A stretch of DNA of 64,000 nucleotides, taken from contig NC_087436.1 in assembly GCF_036321535.1 (NCBI RefSeq), positions 46,006,001 through 46,070,000 of the forward strand, given 5' to 3'. Source of the stretch: Camelus dromedarius. Taxonomy: Eukaryota. Below the pieces are notes generated by a model that saw only the letters and a program-made list of their open reading frames with translations, had not been told where the DNA came from and did not search any database. Below, one piece after another: positions 39,532-53,477 of this stretch (position 1 is its first letter; every line of letters starts with the position of its first letter). A program made the position numbers and the translations under genes.

Positions 39532-41029
39532 CTAAAAGGAAAACCAAAATATCTACTAAGTGTAAAATGATAATGTATCTTAAAGCGACCTTTGGCAATT
39601 TTGAGAAAGATGTTTTGCTGATCTAGGAAAATTCCTGGCTCTAGTAAAAATCAGAATGACTGATGTCTGATGACACTGTAAAAACCATATAAAAATTTCT
39701 GCTAATAAGAACAGGGGATGAGAGCGGGAAGAATATGCGACTGATGGGTGGAATAAAATTTACTCAGACACATGTGAAGGCATCTTAAACAAATATCAAA
39801 CTTTAAAAGTAGTCAAACACAAATATCAATTTTAGATTGATAGAAATGTTAATATAATCACTCTCTGAAGATCGGCTCTACCAAGTCCCAGGCTATTAAA
39901 TCCCTTTTATCAATATTAGGCTATTTTAAGATAATCAAATTCTAATGACTTTATAACTCAGCATAGCTGTATGAAACCTTCATATGAGAGGAGTCTATGG
40001 CTTGGGTTGCCCCCTAGCATATTACTTAGCATTTCTGTGAGTCAGTTTATTCATTTCCTCAGTAAAGCTCAAACAGTACCTGGTATATTTAATAAGGTAC
40101 TCCAATAAATAAGTGTTAGACTATAAGACTTTTTATTATGTGTATTCATTCAAAACTTGTAAGATTAATAGGAATGTTCAGTGGCAATTTATAATAGAAT
40201 TTAGTGGTAAGTCACACAGATAGTAGAACATACAATATACTTCTCCCACTCATTCAGAATCTCAACAAATATTTTGTTGAGAGCCCACAGTTATCCTAGG
40301 TGGGAACGCTAGAGTACATACTGATGAATAACACTGAAAATGCGCATGGCCCTTCTCTTCTGTTAGAGATCTTGGTCTTTTACACCATAAGACAAAATTC
40401 TGTGGTACAGAGGTGATCCTGGGCTCTTCACAGTGACATGATAACCAAGGTTTAAACTACATTTTAGGTTCATTTTCAATGGTGATAGAAAAAGAATAGG
40501 TAAGCATAATCTTTCATTGAATAATTTTGGTTAACTACAAGAATTTGGTATACTGACTCAGGGCATAACAGCCAAAGTTTTTTGTGTAGGAATTTTTTAT
40601 TATCAGTAAAGAACATGAGTTGGAAGCAAAAGACTGTAGTTATATTGCACTTTATCATTTACTTGCTAAATAACTTTGGATAAATGACAATCATCAATAG
40701 TACTCTCCTCTGCAAAATGAGAACAATTTTTTAAATGCCCTATGTGTGATTTTTAATGTTCTTGTGATGCTTAAATGAGACAGTGGATAGGAAGCAACTT
40801 ATAAAACATGAAGGCTATGAAATAAATAGTAGGTGAAAGACACTAATACATTCTAAGTGCTTTCTTTGTGGTAAACAGAAAATCATTGCATGTGTATGTC
40901 ATTACTCTTAAAAATGGGAAGCAAAGGCTCTTCCTTTCTGTTCCTTGTATTTGTTGATTTATAACTAAAGAAGAATGCTGATATATAAGGTCAAAAATAT
41001 TGAAGGGCTAGCATTAGAAAACAGTACAC

Positions 41030-42056
41030 CAAAACCCAAATATTCATCAACAGATGTCTATCTATACAACATAATATTTTCAGCTATAAAAAGGAATGAT
41101 ATACTGATCCATGCAATAATATGAGTCACCCTTGAAAACATGCTAAGTGAAAGAAGCCAGACACAAAAGGTTACACATTGTATGGTTCTATTTATATGAA
41201 ATATCCAGAATAGGTAAATCTATACAGAGATAGAAGGTAGACTGGTGGTTGCCAGGGCCTGGAAGGAGGGGGAAATCAGAGGTTACTGCTTCACGCGTAT
41301 AGTTTTCTTTGGGGATGATGAAAGTGTTTCGTACCATCTAGTTCAGTACATTTACAAAGTCAGAACTAGATAGAAGTGGTGACTGCACAACAACCAAAGT
41401 GACAGAATTAGACAGAGGTGGTGGTTGCCCAACATTGCGAACATGCTAAACGCCACTGAACTGTACACTTTAAAATGGTTAATTTTATGTTACGCAGATT
41501 TCACCTCAAAACAGATCAATATGCAGACATTTCAATGGGGAAAGAATATTCTCTTCAACAAATGGTGCTGGAACAACTAGATATCCACATGCAGGTGAAT
41601 GAAGTTAGACCCCTTCCTTACACCTTACGCTAGAATTAACTCAAAATAGATCACAGACCTAAATGTAAGCACTAAAACTCTTCAAATACAGGAGTAAATC
41701 TTCATGACCCCGGATTAGGCAATGGATTTTTAGATGTGACATCAAAGGCACAAGCAACAGAAGACAGAAAATAGATATACTGGACTTCATTAAAATAAAA
41801 CATTAGTGTTCCAAACAATACCATCAAGAAAGTAAGGAGACAGACAACAGAATGAGAGAATATATTTGCATACAAAGTATTATACATAAAGTAGATAAGC
41901 AACAAGGTCCTACTGTATAGCACAGGGAATTATCTTCACTATCTTGCAACAATCTAAAACAGAGTGTAATCAGAAAACAATAACCGAATCACTATGCTGT
42001 ACCCCCTGAAACTAACAAAATGCTATAAAGTGACTGTACTTCAATTAAAACAAAAA
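41030..42056 (+). mobile_element. Composite L1 fragments: L1M 3'UTR, ORF2 piece and artiodactyl-type L1 3' end
   Basis: ctcttcaacaaatggtgctggaacaactagatatccacatgc (ORF2); ctactgtatagcacagggaa...tacttcaattaaaa (L1_Art-like end). Confidence 0.8.
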
Positions 42057-42933
42057 AGCAAAAGGGCAAAAATAAGAGCAGATTTTAAAAGGAAAAAATG
42101 TACATCGTTGATTTAAAAAATACCATAATATTCTCTCTCATCAAGAAAAACTTTAAAATGTAAATGTCTAGAAATAATGATTCTTGAAAAAAATTAAATC
42201 CAAAGGGAAAAACATTACTGACACATGTCAAATTATTTCACAGAACATAATACTGCTTAAGTATACTCCTTAGCTTCTTTCATGTCAAATCAAATATTAA
42301 TGCTTAAAAATATTGCCCATTTTAATAATAATGCTATAGTAACAAACTTTAAAGTATTAATGTGATAGAAATATTCTTATTTTATTGGATAATTTGAAAC
42401 CTGCTCGTTTAGAATTCACTTTTAGAAGAAAAGTACAAATGCAAATCTCTATTCGGAACTTGTTAAAACACCAAAGTGAACAATAAGTTATAAATCCACT
42501 AAACTAAATAGACTCAAATTTTGCTAGAACTTAATTGTCCAGATTAATTCTAATCAGGTTATGCCAACACTGCCAACACAAATCAAAATGGTATTTTCTT
42601 TAAAAGGTACATTATGAAACGTCAATATTCCAGACATGCTTAAAAATACCTTCACTAATTCCCCTACCATCTTACAGAATAAGGTCTAAATGCCTTTGTG
42701 TTGTCATAAAAGAAACTTCAAAATTAGGTTTCCACTTTCCTTTTCTCCTCCATCTCTCACCTGCTCCTGTACCATCTTCCCTCTTTTACCCTGTGACACA
42801 GTCACACCAATCTTCTCACTCTTCATCCCAGTACAACACTTTTTCCTGTGTTATATGCACTGTACCAACTGGTCTGTTAGCTTAGATTTCTTTTCTCCAC
42901 ATGGCAAATTCCCATTCATCAAGTTTCATTCTT

Positions 42934-43064
42934 TTTTTTAAGGTTTTTGTTTTTGTTTTTGTTTTTTAACTTTTCTTTTCTTTTTTTAAAATGGCAGTAC
43001 TGAGAATTGAACCTAGGATCTCCTGCTAAGTACGGGCTCTACCAATGAGTTCTACCTTCCTCCC
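42934..43064 (-). mobile_element. tRNA-derived SINE (older Vic-1-like copy)
   Basis: T-rich tail, degenerate A/B boxes, TSD-like tcattctt/tcatcctt. Confidence 0.75.
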
Positions 43065-46000
43065 TCATCCTTCAGATTTCAAATCCTCCATGAAACTCTT
43101 CTGATATGCTCATGGAAAATCATTTCCTCTCCTACAGGACATTTTCTCAACCCTGAATTATTGTACTTTACAAGCTGCACTATAATCATATATGATACCT
43201 GCTTCCCTATTATATTACGAGTATATAGAGGCATTTATGCTACTGTATTGCTCTTTGGAACCATGATACCAAGAAAAATACTGCTTTCTGCATACAAGCT
43301 GATTTTAGTTGAATGAGAAACTTTGGTACTTGTCCCCACTCTTAAACCTTCGATAGGTCCAAGTCGGCCTTAGTCACTTCACACTACAATTAGTGATTAT
43401 ATATATTCCTGAGGTCATATGGAGGGTGAGTATAAATGTGCACTTGGGAAGCACTTCTGCTCATTCTTTTACTGGCTCTATGTCACTGGTCAAGAGAAGC
43501 AAAGAGGAAGGAGGGAAAGAAGGGGAGCTAAATCTGAGGAAAGAAGGAAGAGACTGGATCAGAAGAATAGCTCAGAACCTGTAAAGCTGGGAAAAAATAT
43601 CAGGACGCACTGAAGCCTTCTAAAAGACTTAAGCTGCCCTCTCTCCATAGGTTAACACAGTCTAATGCTTTTACTAGCATTGCTCAACTTGAAATTAATA
43701 ATTTGAGATTTTATTTCCTTATAACTTGCATAAAATATGGAAAAAGTGTAAGTCAAATTCCATCTCTACCACTTACCAGATGAGATAAAATGGACAAGAC
43801 TCCTGAATCTGAGTCATTCCTTATTTTTAACAACAGATTTTACAACACATACTCCACAGGGCTAATGTTAAGATTATACAGATACAACACATATAAATTA
43901 CACAGATACTAGCAGTGACTCAAAAAAAAACTTCTTCATTTTCTCTTTCCTTTCTCTATCCTAAAACAGAGCTACAAATGAGGAGGGAAAGAAAGAACAA
44001 GGCAAGAACCTCCTGATTAATAAAGCCAATGGTTTGTTCTCAACTTAAACCAAACTTTCCTTAACATTTATCACTGCCAACCCAGTTACTTTTGATTTGC
44101 AAAAATGGTTCCCTTCTTTCTGTATTACTATGCTAACACTCTCCCTGTCTCCAATCTTCCTGCTACCTTAGTCTAAGAACTCACTTTTCTCACTGGCTTA
44201 TTCCAATAGCCTCTAGTTTCAAAAATTTTTTCTGTAAATGAAAATCAATTTGTACATCTAAAATGCAAATTCGGTTATGTTATTTTTCCTTGTAAACTCC
44301 TTCAGTGACTCTTCACTACCTTCAAGATAAAATACAAACTCCTAAATATGAAATTCAAGATTCTTAAAGATCTCACCCAGCCATCCTACCCAACCTCATT
44401 CAATTCTTGGCACTATCCTCTGCAGACCATAGGTCCCAGACTCACTAAACTTCCACAAATACGCCACCTTCTCTCAAGCTTCTTGCTTCTTTTAAAAAGT
44501 ACCTCTGCCTCTCCCCAGGCCTCTCTCCTGCCCAATTCCAACTTCTCTTAGATTCAGTTCAGGTCCCTCTACCTTCCTCCAACCCCCAACCCTCCCTATC
44601 ATCTCCAATCCATCCCATCCCATCCCAACATTTGGCTCCAGATTCTCCTGTGTATTCCAAAAAACACCATGATTAACACAGGACTTAAAATTTTGTTCTA
44701 CATTCCAAAGTAGACTGTGAGCTTCTCGTTTTTAATCAAGCTCACAAATGGGGCATTATTAATTTGTTTACAAATTGGTTGTTCAGAACTTAGAACACAC
44801 TTCTTCAGAGAAATAATGAAATAACTGGTACTTATTATCCCAAGTTAGTTCACGGGCACTTATAAAACCCATAATCCATATTATTGATTAAATACTATAA
44901 ATTTACAACACGCTGTAAAAAATAAAGCATTTGCAAATGTTTAGTACTTAATTAGTTTTGGGACTAGCCTAGACATCCAATCACCATTTGAACACTATTT
45001 CTACTTGAAAGCACTTCTTGAATTCTAACTCTGGACACTGATACCAAGTCTCCCTCTTCTGTAGTCCTGTACAGAAAGTTGGAGTTTCCAACGATAGCAA
45101 TTATATAAACAGGATGCTTGCAAGTTATATGTTCATCAGGTAACAGGTACCACCTACAAATATATTACCACATTTTCTTTTTAACCCTCAAACTAATACT
45201 TTTCATAATGGCATAGATATCTTTTTCTATCCTTCAGAGACCCAGGACATGCATTCAATTTCTAAAATTTTAAAAATATATTAAATATGCATTATATTTA
45301 GTTGAAAGATATTTATTTGTTAAAATAATCAAATAGTACATGAGTTAAAGAGAAAGATTTGAACCCTTTTAAAGACTTTTTTTAGGGATGAGGGTGGAAG
45401 AAAAGGGAAGATGTTGGTCAAAGAGGACAATGAGTAAGTTCTAGGGATCTAGGGTTCTAATGTATAGCATAATGATTACAGTTAATACTGTTTTACATAC
45501 TTGAATTAAAAATAGACTTTTCTTTGGAAGTTAGAGCTAAGTGGCCAATACTGTCCAATCTACAGAGGTTGACTTAACACATTTTGTGTCAAAATACAAT
45601 ATTACCTCTTAAATTACCCAAGCAAACCATAAACATATTATGATCTCTGACGTAGTACCTGGCACTGAATAATTACTATTAGCTTGTGTGAAAGTCAAAT
45701 AAAAACTGACTAGCACCTTAAACCTCATTATGAAAGAGCAAATTTTTTTCTAACATCATTTACAAAATATAGCATCAAGCTGTCACATCACCAGAGCCGT
45801 GGGGGAGAGCTTCCCGTTGTCCCCTGGAGTCGCCCCACTCTGAACACTTCCTAGAGGAAAGGGGACTGGGAGTACGTATAGCAGGTGACAGGGCATTAGC
45901 CGACCGGGCCTCCCAGGGCCTAGGGCCAGCCACAGCCTGGAGCCTGAACTAGTCCTTGTTTCCTTCCCCCTCTTTCACTTTATTTCACTTCTCAATTTTT

Positions 46001-47319
46001 ATTTCACTCTTACTCCCTTTCACTCCATGTTCAAGTCAGTACTCCCTCCTGTTACAGGTACAACAGTACTTGTCTTCAGCACCGTATCTAAAACCCAGGA
46101 CAGGTCCACGCTCTCTCTGGCACTAACAACTGAAGGAGTGAATCCCTGTGACTGAATAAACCTAGTGAAGAATTTCAGATATAACCACTATGGGAACCTG
46201 ACAGCTTGCTATCTGCTCAAGCTTTCTTTAATTTTAAGTTTATTCTCCAACAATTCTGACTTTTAGAAACTCCAACAAAACATAAGACTGTCTCTAGTAC
46301 AAAATACTATTTTAGTTTCCAAGTGTGCATTTAATGAGGAAACTTTAAAAAGGAAGCCTATTTGTAGCATGTGACTTAAAAAATATAATTAGATGGTTTA
46401 TGTAAAATTAGAACTGAAATCAAAGTTTTCTTTGAAAACTGCAAGTTTTAAATAAATATCCCTGTACTTGGTTCCTGGTTAGACCTGCTGTCAAGGAAAC
46501 CCTAACCTTTAATAAATGAAAAGCTAAAATAAGTGGATAGTTACTTTAACTACAACTGTAAAGAAAAATATTACTGATTTCCAAATCTGCTAGCTGATAT
46601 TCACTGTTGTTCAATAAGCTTTTCTGAAATTGGTGAACAATTCCACATAAACCACACACACAAAAATCTCATGATTATAGGAAATGAATACCACTGAAAT
46701 GCTTAAAAAGTAGAGCATTCCAGATCTCTACTTGGTAGAAATACTTGTGTGTAATCCCCATGCCAACTTAAGCCACTTTCTTTTACCTCTTTACATATGG
46801 AAAAAAGTACTGCAACGGAGCGGGGTCTCAAAAATAAAACTAAAATTCATTTTAAAGCTAGATTTTCTTTCCATTTTTTCTTTCCCCTCACGCAGAATGT
46901 TCTTTTAATCTGCAAACAACAGAAATATGATTTTTTTTTTTACAAACCATGAAGAGACAACAACAGGATCCTAGTAAAACTGTGCATAGTATAGTCTTAT
47001 TATTTTGCTGCCTAATAAGAAAGGCACAGGAGAAAGCCCACATGTAAGTGATACCGCGGTGACCACTGCCACGTGCCCTTTAGTTCTGTCCTACCCCAGA
47101 GCTTCGTGTTTCTCACTAGGAGATGAAGACTCTTTCTTCTTCATACCTTTCTGCAGACAGAGAGCCCTCAGTCTGAATCCCTACTCTGTTCCTAGGAGTT
47201 GTGTGACCAGAGACAAATGTTACTCTACTTGTTCAGATCGCAGTCAACTCATCCGCAAAATGGAGCCAATTACCTCTGGCTAGAGATAAAGAATAAATTG
47301 AGATACGAACATGTTCTCA

Positions 47320-47560
47320 GTGCCAGTAATGACAGCTATTCTTTTACAGAGGATTTCACCATTTGTCAGACACCGCTCTAAGCTCTTTACAAAGAATACC
47401 TTCAATCTTGAAAACAACCATATATAACTGTAACTATTATTATTCCCATTTTACAGATGAGTAAATTGAAACTCATTTTAAAATTAATGAGTTTAAGAAA
47501 CTTGCCTAAGTTCACAAGCTAGTTAAGTGACAAAGTCAAGATCTGAATCTAGAAGAAGTG
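47320..47560 (-). mobile_element. MIR
   Basis: attattcccattttacagatgagtaaattga...cttgcctaagttcacaagctagttaagtgac. Confidence 0.75.
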
Positions 47561-47959
47561 ACACAAAAACCTACAGCTTTTTAGCTCTTTAGTGCTGTCA
47601 CCGGCACACAGTAAGTACTCAAAAATGTTAAGCATTATTAAAATCCAAATGCCATGCGTTAAGAACTTAGGAATTTTTAATCTAATATATTCAAGAAAAA
47701 AGTAGTTAAACAAGATAAGGTGACAGAAGAAAAGCCATAAAGGCTAAATCTTTTTGATTTCCCTTTTTTTTTTCCAATTTAAGGAAATGGGATTATCAAC
47801 CACTGCACCTAATTGTAAGCAGAACAAAAATGGGAGCAATTCAGGTTGACAAATAACATTACACAAAATAACACATTTCCGAAATGTGCAAAATAAGGAT
47901 CATGAGATAAAAAAGTGAGATGTATCTAGAATCTGAAAAATATATACAATAAATAGTAA

Positions 47960-49200
47960 CAGTAACTCAGGGCCTGGGAGCAATGACCCATCAGTAGCAA
48001 TGACCACACATTACAATCAGATCTTGGTTTCTAAAATACCCTTCTGCACTACAGGAATCAAGACTAAAGGAAATGGTTCATCCCAGGGTTGCAGCTGCCT
48101 AAATACAAGATGAGCCGGGCACATCTTATTGAGACCTTAAGGTATTTAAAATAAGTGTTTAAAGATTCATGGGAACATTTTAAAGCCAGTTTGAAAGAGC
48201 TGCTACTGGCCAGGTTAAGGGTAAGTTGCTACCAAATTAACTAATGATAGTAATGGATTATTACACACTGAATAAAATAAGAATCCATGAGTCAATATGA
48301 ACCCAAAGAAATCAACAAAGAAGGGAAAGCTCTTTACAAGGAAACCTCAATTCATAAATACAGAAAGAATGTTAAAACTAGAAAACCACCAGTAAATGCT
48401 AAAACTAATGCGTGATAGTTTAATAAAAAACAGGACATTTACACAGTATCAAAGAATTTCACCACAAATTACCAATTAAATTCAAGGGAAGAACAGTAAC
48501 TTCACAGCTGAGAAACCTGGCAGACACCATCTTACTCAAGTGACCAAAGTTAGCATCACCAACATGGGAACAAGTCAACATCACGTGCCTCGGACAGAAC
48601 GTCCTGCAAACACAACAGGACTTCAGTGGTAGTCCTGCCAAAAATGCATGATTTTACCCAAATCATGAGTACACATCAGGTAAACATAAGTTGAGGGACA
48701 TTCTACAAAATAACTGGCCTGTATTCCTAAAAAATGTCACGAGTCAAGAAAGAGAAAGAAAGGTTAGGGAACGGTTCTAGGTAGAGGGAGTCTAAATAGA
48801 AATAGTTGACAACTAAGTTCAATGCATGACCCTGCACTGGATCCTGCAACACTGAAACAGCTATAAAGGATCTTACTGAGACAACTGTTGAGACTTGACT
48901 AGGATTGTGTAGCGATACTATCACCTCAGTATTTGATTTCTTGATAACCGTATTGTGTTTGTGTTATGTAAGACATTGTCCTTACAGTCAGGAAATACAT
49001 ACTGAAGTATTTAGAAGTAAAGGTTCATGGAATCTCCACCTTACATTCAAATGATGTAGGAAAAAATGTATATAGAGAGAAGCAAATGGGGCAAAAATGG
49101 TTTATCTCGGTAAAGTCTATATGGGAGTTTCTTTTACTCTGCTTACAACTCTTTCATAAGATTGAAATTATATTAAGTAAAAAATTACACCAAATTCAAA
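47960..49200 (+). mobile_element. Old L1MC/ME-type 3' region fragments
   Basis: gagaaacctggcagacaccatctt...ttgagggacattctacaaaataactggcctgta motifs. Confidence 0.65.
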
Positions 49201-50106
49201 AAGATAAATGGCTATTTACATGTTTAAGGTAAGAAAAATTACTCTCCATCTGGGACCCTCTATTCTCACCCCCGCCCCCCAAATCATGCATATGGATTTG
49301 AATACTTAAAAATGGCAAAGGGAATGGAAACTTTTAATTAAATGGACTATTTATAGCAAATCCTGCCACTCAGTTATAAAGCTAACAGAAGGAGAATCAT
49401 GGTCATGTATAATAATTTGAGAGATCATTTATTGGTTCACTCTTAAAATATCAGAATTAATAGAGAAACTGAACTACTTAATATTCATCAGTGTTCCATT
49501 CATCAAAGGCAGAAAAAGATATTAAACAGGCTGCAACACATCATCCCATGCATGATCTCTTCAACTGGCAAGATGTGAACTACTTCTTCCTGAAGCAGGA
49601 AAATAGCTACAGATTTGGGGTCTTCTAAAAATATGACAAGAAGGGCCACAAGAACTTCAGAGAAACATTGCCCTATTTCTGTGTCACTTTTAGAAAATCC
49701 ACATGGTTCATTTTGATTAGACTAAAGCAGCGTGCAAAGCAGAAAATAAAACTACTCCTATAAGGGTGCTAGAGCATTCATCAGCCAACAGCTTCAGTCA
49801 GGACTCATTCTTTTGCATGTGGCATGAGAGAAAGTGCATTTCTGAAAGAAGGCGCTCTATCATCATGACAGATGTATTACTTACAAAATGGCAAAGATGT
49901 CCAAAGGAGAAAAAAAAAAACAAAACAACAACAAGTAAACAAGCAAAACACCTCATTTCAAGTGACCCAACCTTCTATAACCCAAACCAAGCAAGTTTAT
50001 TGAGCTGAATCTGCAAAGACACTTTTTTTAATCTAGTAGGACTGTGGACATAAAAAGAAAACTTGAGCAGGAAAAGATCAAGAACTGGTGTAAAGCTAAA
50101 GCAGAC

Positions 50107-50211
50107 CTGCTTCCTCATCCTCCTCCTCCTCTTCCTCATCATCGGAAGTTGATGACAAGGGAGTTGGTGCGGAGCTAGCTTGATTATTAACATATTCACC
50201 ATACTGCATGC
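50107..50211 (-). CDS. SEC24B: SEC24B exon ~4 (105 nt, phase 1-1): GMQYGEYVNNQASSAPTPLSSTSDDEEEEEEDEEA
   Basis: Acceptor ctttacag, weak donor CAG|gtctgc; acidic tract typical of SEC24A/B. Confidence 0.93.
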
Positions 50212-52537
50212 CTGTAAAGTGGAAAGCACAAACACAAGAGTCAAACCAACAGGAAAGATGAGAAACAAAATTTTGACATTGCATCAAAAGTGAGAAAGAA
50301 CTCTTGACATACCAAAGAACATCCCAGCATGCATATTAATATTAGCAAATGTATTATCAAAACTGGAACCGTTAGAAAATCTCTGCAAAGCAGTTTAGTA
50401 AAAGCAGCTTTAATACGAACTAACTGGTTTAAGTGTGAAAAAAGTACCATGTCTTACACTGATAATATTTAGGTAACTGCACTCATTCTCTCTGAACATT
50501 TTACTGAGCTCAATACATGTTTACCTTCTTTGACCTTGGGGCCATTGTGGTATACGTCCTTTGGGACTGTGCATTCTTGGTAAACAGTGATCATTTCTGC
50601 TGAAATGAGCTTATACAGCATACAACACACATACAGATCCTCGGTACCTTCCTTCTGCTAATGCCACCCTGATGGTAAAACAGTTCTCAACGGAAAAAGA
50701 ATGACAGTTAAAGAACTGTATTCAGCATAGTTCTCTGCTCACAGTAGATGCTCAAAAGAAAAAAAAGAAGGGAGGCGGCGCTTATTAACTGTGGCCCTAC
50801 AAGTGTGACGATTACAGAAAAGTGAATTTTCTGAGATGCTCAGTCATCTCAGTGTCAGCCTGCTGACTACATGAGAGTCTAACTAGGTGACTGAGACTGG
50901 TCCTCAGTGTGAGACTCTGCAAGAGAAGGCAGATTCTGTGGAAAAGGCACAACAACTGCTAAGTGTATAATACTTCCCTTTTTAAAAATAGGCTGATTGT
51001 GCATTTTTATTATCAAGACAAAAATTAACAACCACAAAATTTTTAAGAGGGAAAATAAAATAATCTTAATTAAAAATGTAAACACTTCATAAATAAGAAT
51101 AAACATCCCTATAAATAAAAATCTTATAGCTCAACTTGGAAAAAAAAGAACAAAAGAAAAATTCAAAAATGCAGTGTGGATTTCCAAGAACATTTCACAG
51201 GATTGAAAGCACAATGAAGCCCTGCCTCACCAAAAAAAATCCCATGGGAGTCATGAGATGCTCTCTTCATTGTTTTTTTTCAGGTGACCTTTTTAATTAG
51301 CATGGATAAACATAACTCATGCCTACAGTAAGAAAAAAAGCTATTAAAGAGTAAAATTTGAGCTGAGAAGAGAGCGAAGGTTAAACAATCCTCACCATGA
51401 AAGAAGTCGGGGAAAAATCTGATAGCTTTGCTGAAACATGTTTTAAATACAGATAAAACAGCAGTTATCACAAATTCTTCTGGGAAAGTAAAAATCAACG
51501 TAAAATAAGTTCAGGCAACACAAAAATAAACTTGATACCTTGAAAGACCAAATTCAGGGTGGCATGTTCCTCTAACAAAAGCCTAGTTAAAATGAAAATT
51601 TGACTAATATTAGACCTTAGGTTAAACATACTAAGAAGTGCATAACTAAACATAATTAACTATAAAAAGATTTTATAGAAAAGAAATTCTTCAATTTAAG
51701 GATTTCTTTAAAAATGAAATACTTTCTCAAAATGCAATTAGCATTGCACTTTTAAAAGTACACATGTGTGTATATGTATATATATGTATTATGAAGAAAC
51801 AAGAGAAAGAAGAAAACAAGGAATTCCATTTACTGTGCTAAGGGAGGTGAATAAGCAGGGGAAAAAAATCAGAAGAAAATCCATTCTTTTCATGACTAAA
51901 TCAATCTGCAGGCTGTTGACTCTGTAACTAGTCAAAGGAGTCAAAGTAGAGGACAGACCTACATGTATTATAAGATAAATATTTTCTCTCCAGATTTACT
52001 GAATAAAAACAGATATCACTTATTATTGGAAAAATATCCAATGCTTAAAAATTGGAAGCAAATGAGATGGCTATCCAATAATTTAAAAAAATTTTTATAG
52101 AGCAACTACTTAATGCACTAAAACAAACGTATGAATAAGACAGAACAGAGAAACAGTATTATTTGCTACAATATTATTTTAGATTATACAACGGTTGCCA
52201 ATATATTGTATCAACAGAATGTCACACAACATACTCAAATTTTTCTGTCCTAAAAAAAGACGTAATCCTTTTTGAGAAGTGTTGGAAATGAAAGCGTCAA
52301 GATTTAAGCTCTTCCCCAACTGTGACTCAATATGCTCAGAATTTAGCCTTCCTTTGCTTGTTTAAGCAAACTTTGTTAAAACTTGGGAATGCTAATGGCA
52401 CAAGAATATGACATTTCAGTTAATCCACAGAAGAAAGGTTAAGAGCTCCAAAGTAACGATCAATCCATATTTAAATGGCCTGCTCTAGGCTGTACACAGT
52501 ACACTGCAGACGTGTACATGGACTACCTCCCACCCCA

Positions 52538-52567
52538 ACCACCACCACCACCACCACCACCACCACC
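52538..52567. repeat. (ACC)n trinucleotide repeat
   Basis: Directly visible. Confidence 0.95.
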
Positions 52568-53477
52568 AAACAGGAAAAGAGTGCTACTTCCTAACTTCCT
52601 CTGTCTTAGTCAGAGCTTCCAAGGTATGAATGCAGTAAACCAAGAAGCAGGACACGCTTTTGTCATAGACAAAATCTGACATGACGAAGAGCCTGTTACT
52701 AACAGGGGCCCAATATTTTAAAAAAGACATTCTGCTTAAACTACCTATCATTATAGTACCTTCAGGCCAAACACCAGGAGACCATATCCTTGGAGTTGCT
52801 TAATAAAAGGCATCTTTACTGTTCCCTAGATACTGTTACACTGGGAATAAACAAAACTAGTCTTAAAAGAAAACAATTCCCTTGTAAAGGTTGGCTTTTT
52901 TAAATTCAAGAGTTCAGACTTTTGAACTGTTATCTTTCCTAATCTAGTCTTCAAGCTAGGTACACACACTAGAAGACTTTGCAAAGGAATAGTTTTAAGG
53001 GATTCACTTTCTATAGTACTCTTCCTAAAACGTATCCACCTAAGAAAGTACCTGTGTTAACGACAGACTTTTTCTTACCTTACCAAGGAAACACATTCCC
53101 TTAACTTGTCCTAAATCTTACTACAATACTTTGCCCTGAGATATAAAAATCTCTCTGGCACTAAGGGAAAGCTCCCCTTTCCTTAAATGACTAATCAAGG
53201 CATCCTAAATCTATATACTTTCTTTTACCTTGCCATACATGTTTCGGTTAAAAATGAAACATATTAGAAATAGAGTTGACTCTCAATGGAATATTCTTAA
53301 TTCAGAAATATTGAACAGTAGAATGGTGAGAATAATGATAAATTTACTTAATGCTTCTGCAGTCTCCAACCACTACTGTCAAAGTACCCACTGCTTCTGA
53401 AAGAGTACCATGAGAACAAAGCAAAAACAGTAAGAAATATTAAGCAGACAAGCAGCAGGACATTATGGATAAAGATA

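Noticed and set aside
44573..44683. 111-nt exon-like segment with G-runs and donor AAG|gtagag
   Set aside because: Poor pyrimidine tract, stop at the third codon in the required phase, and an L2-like context.
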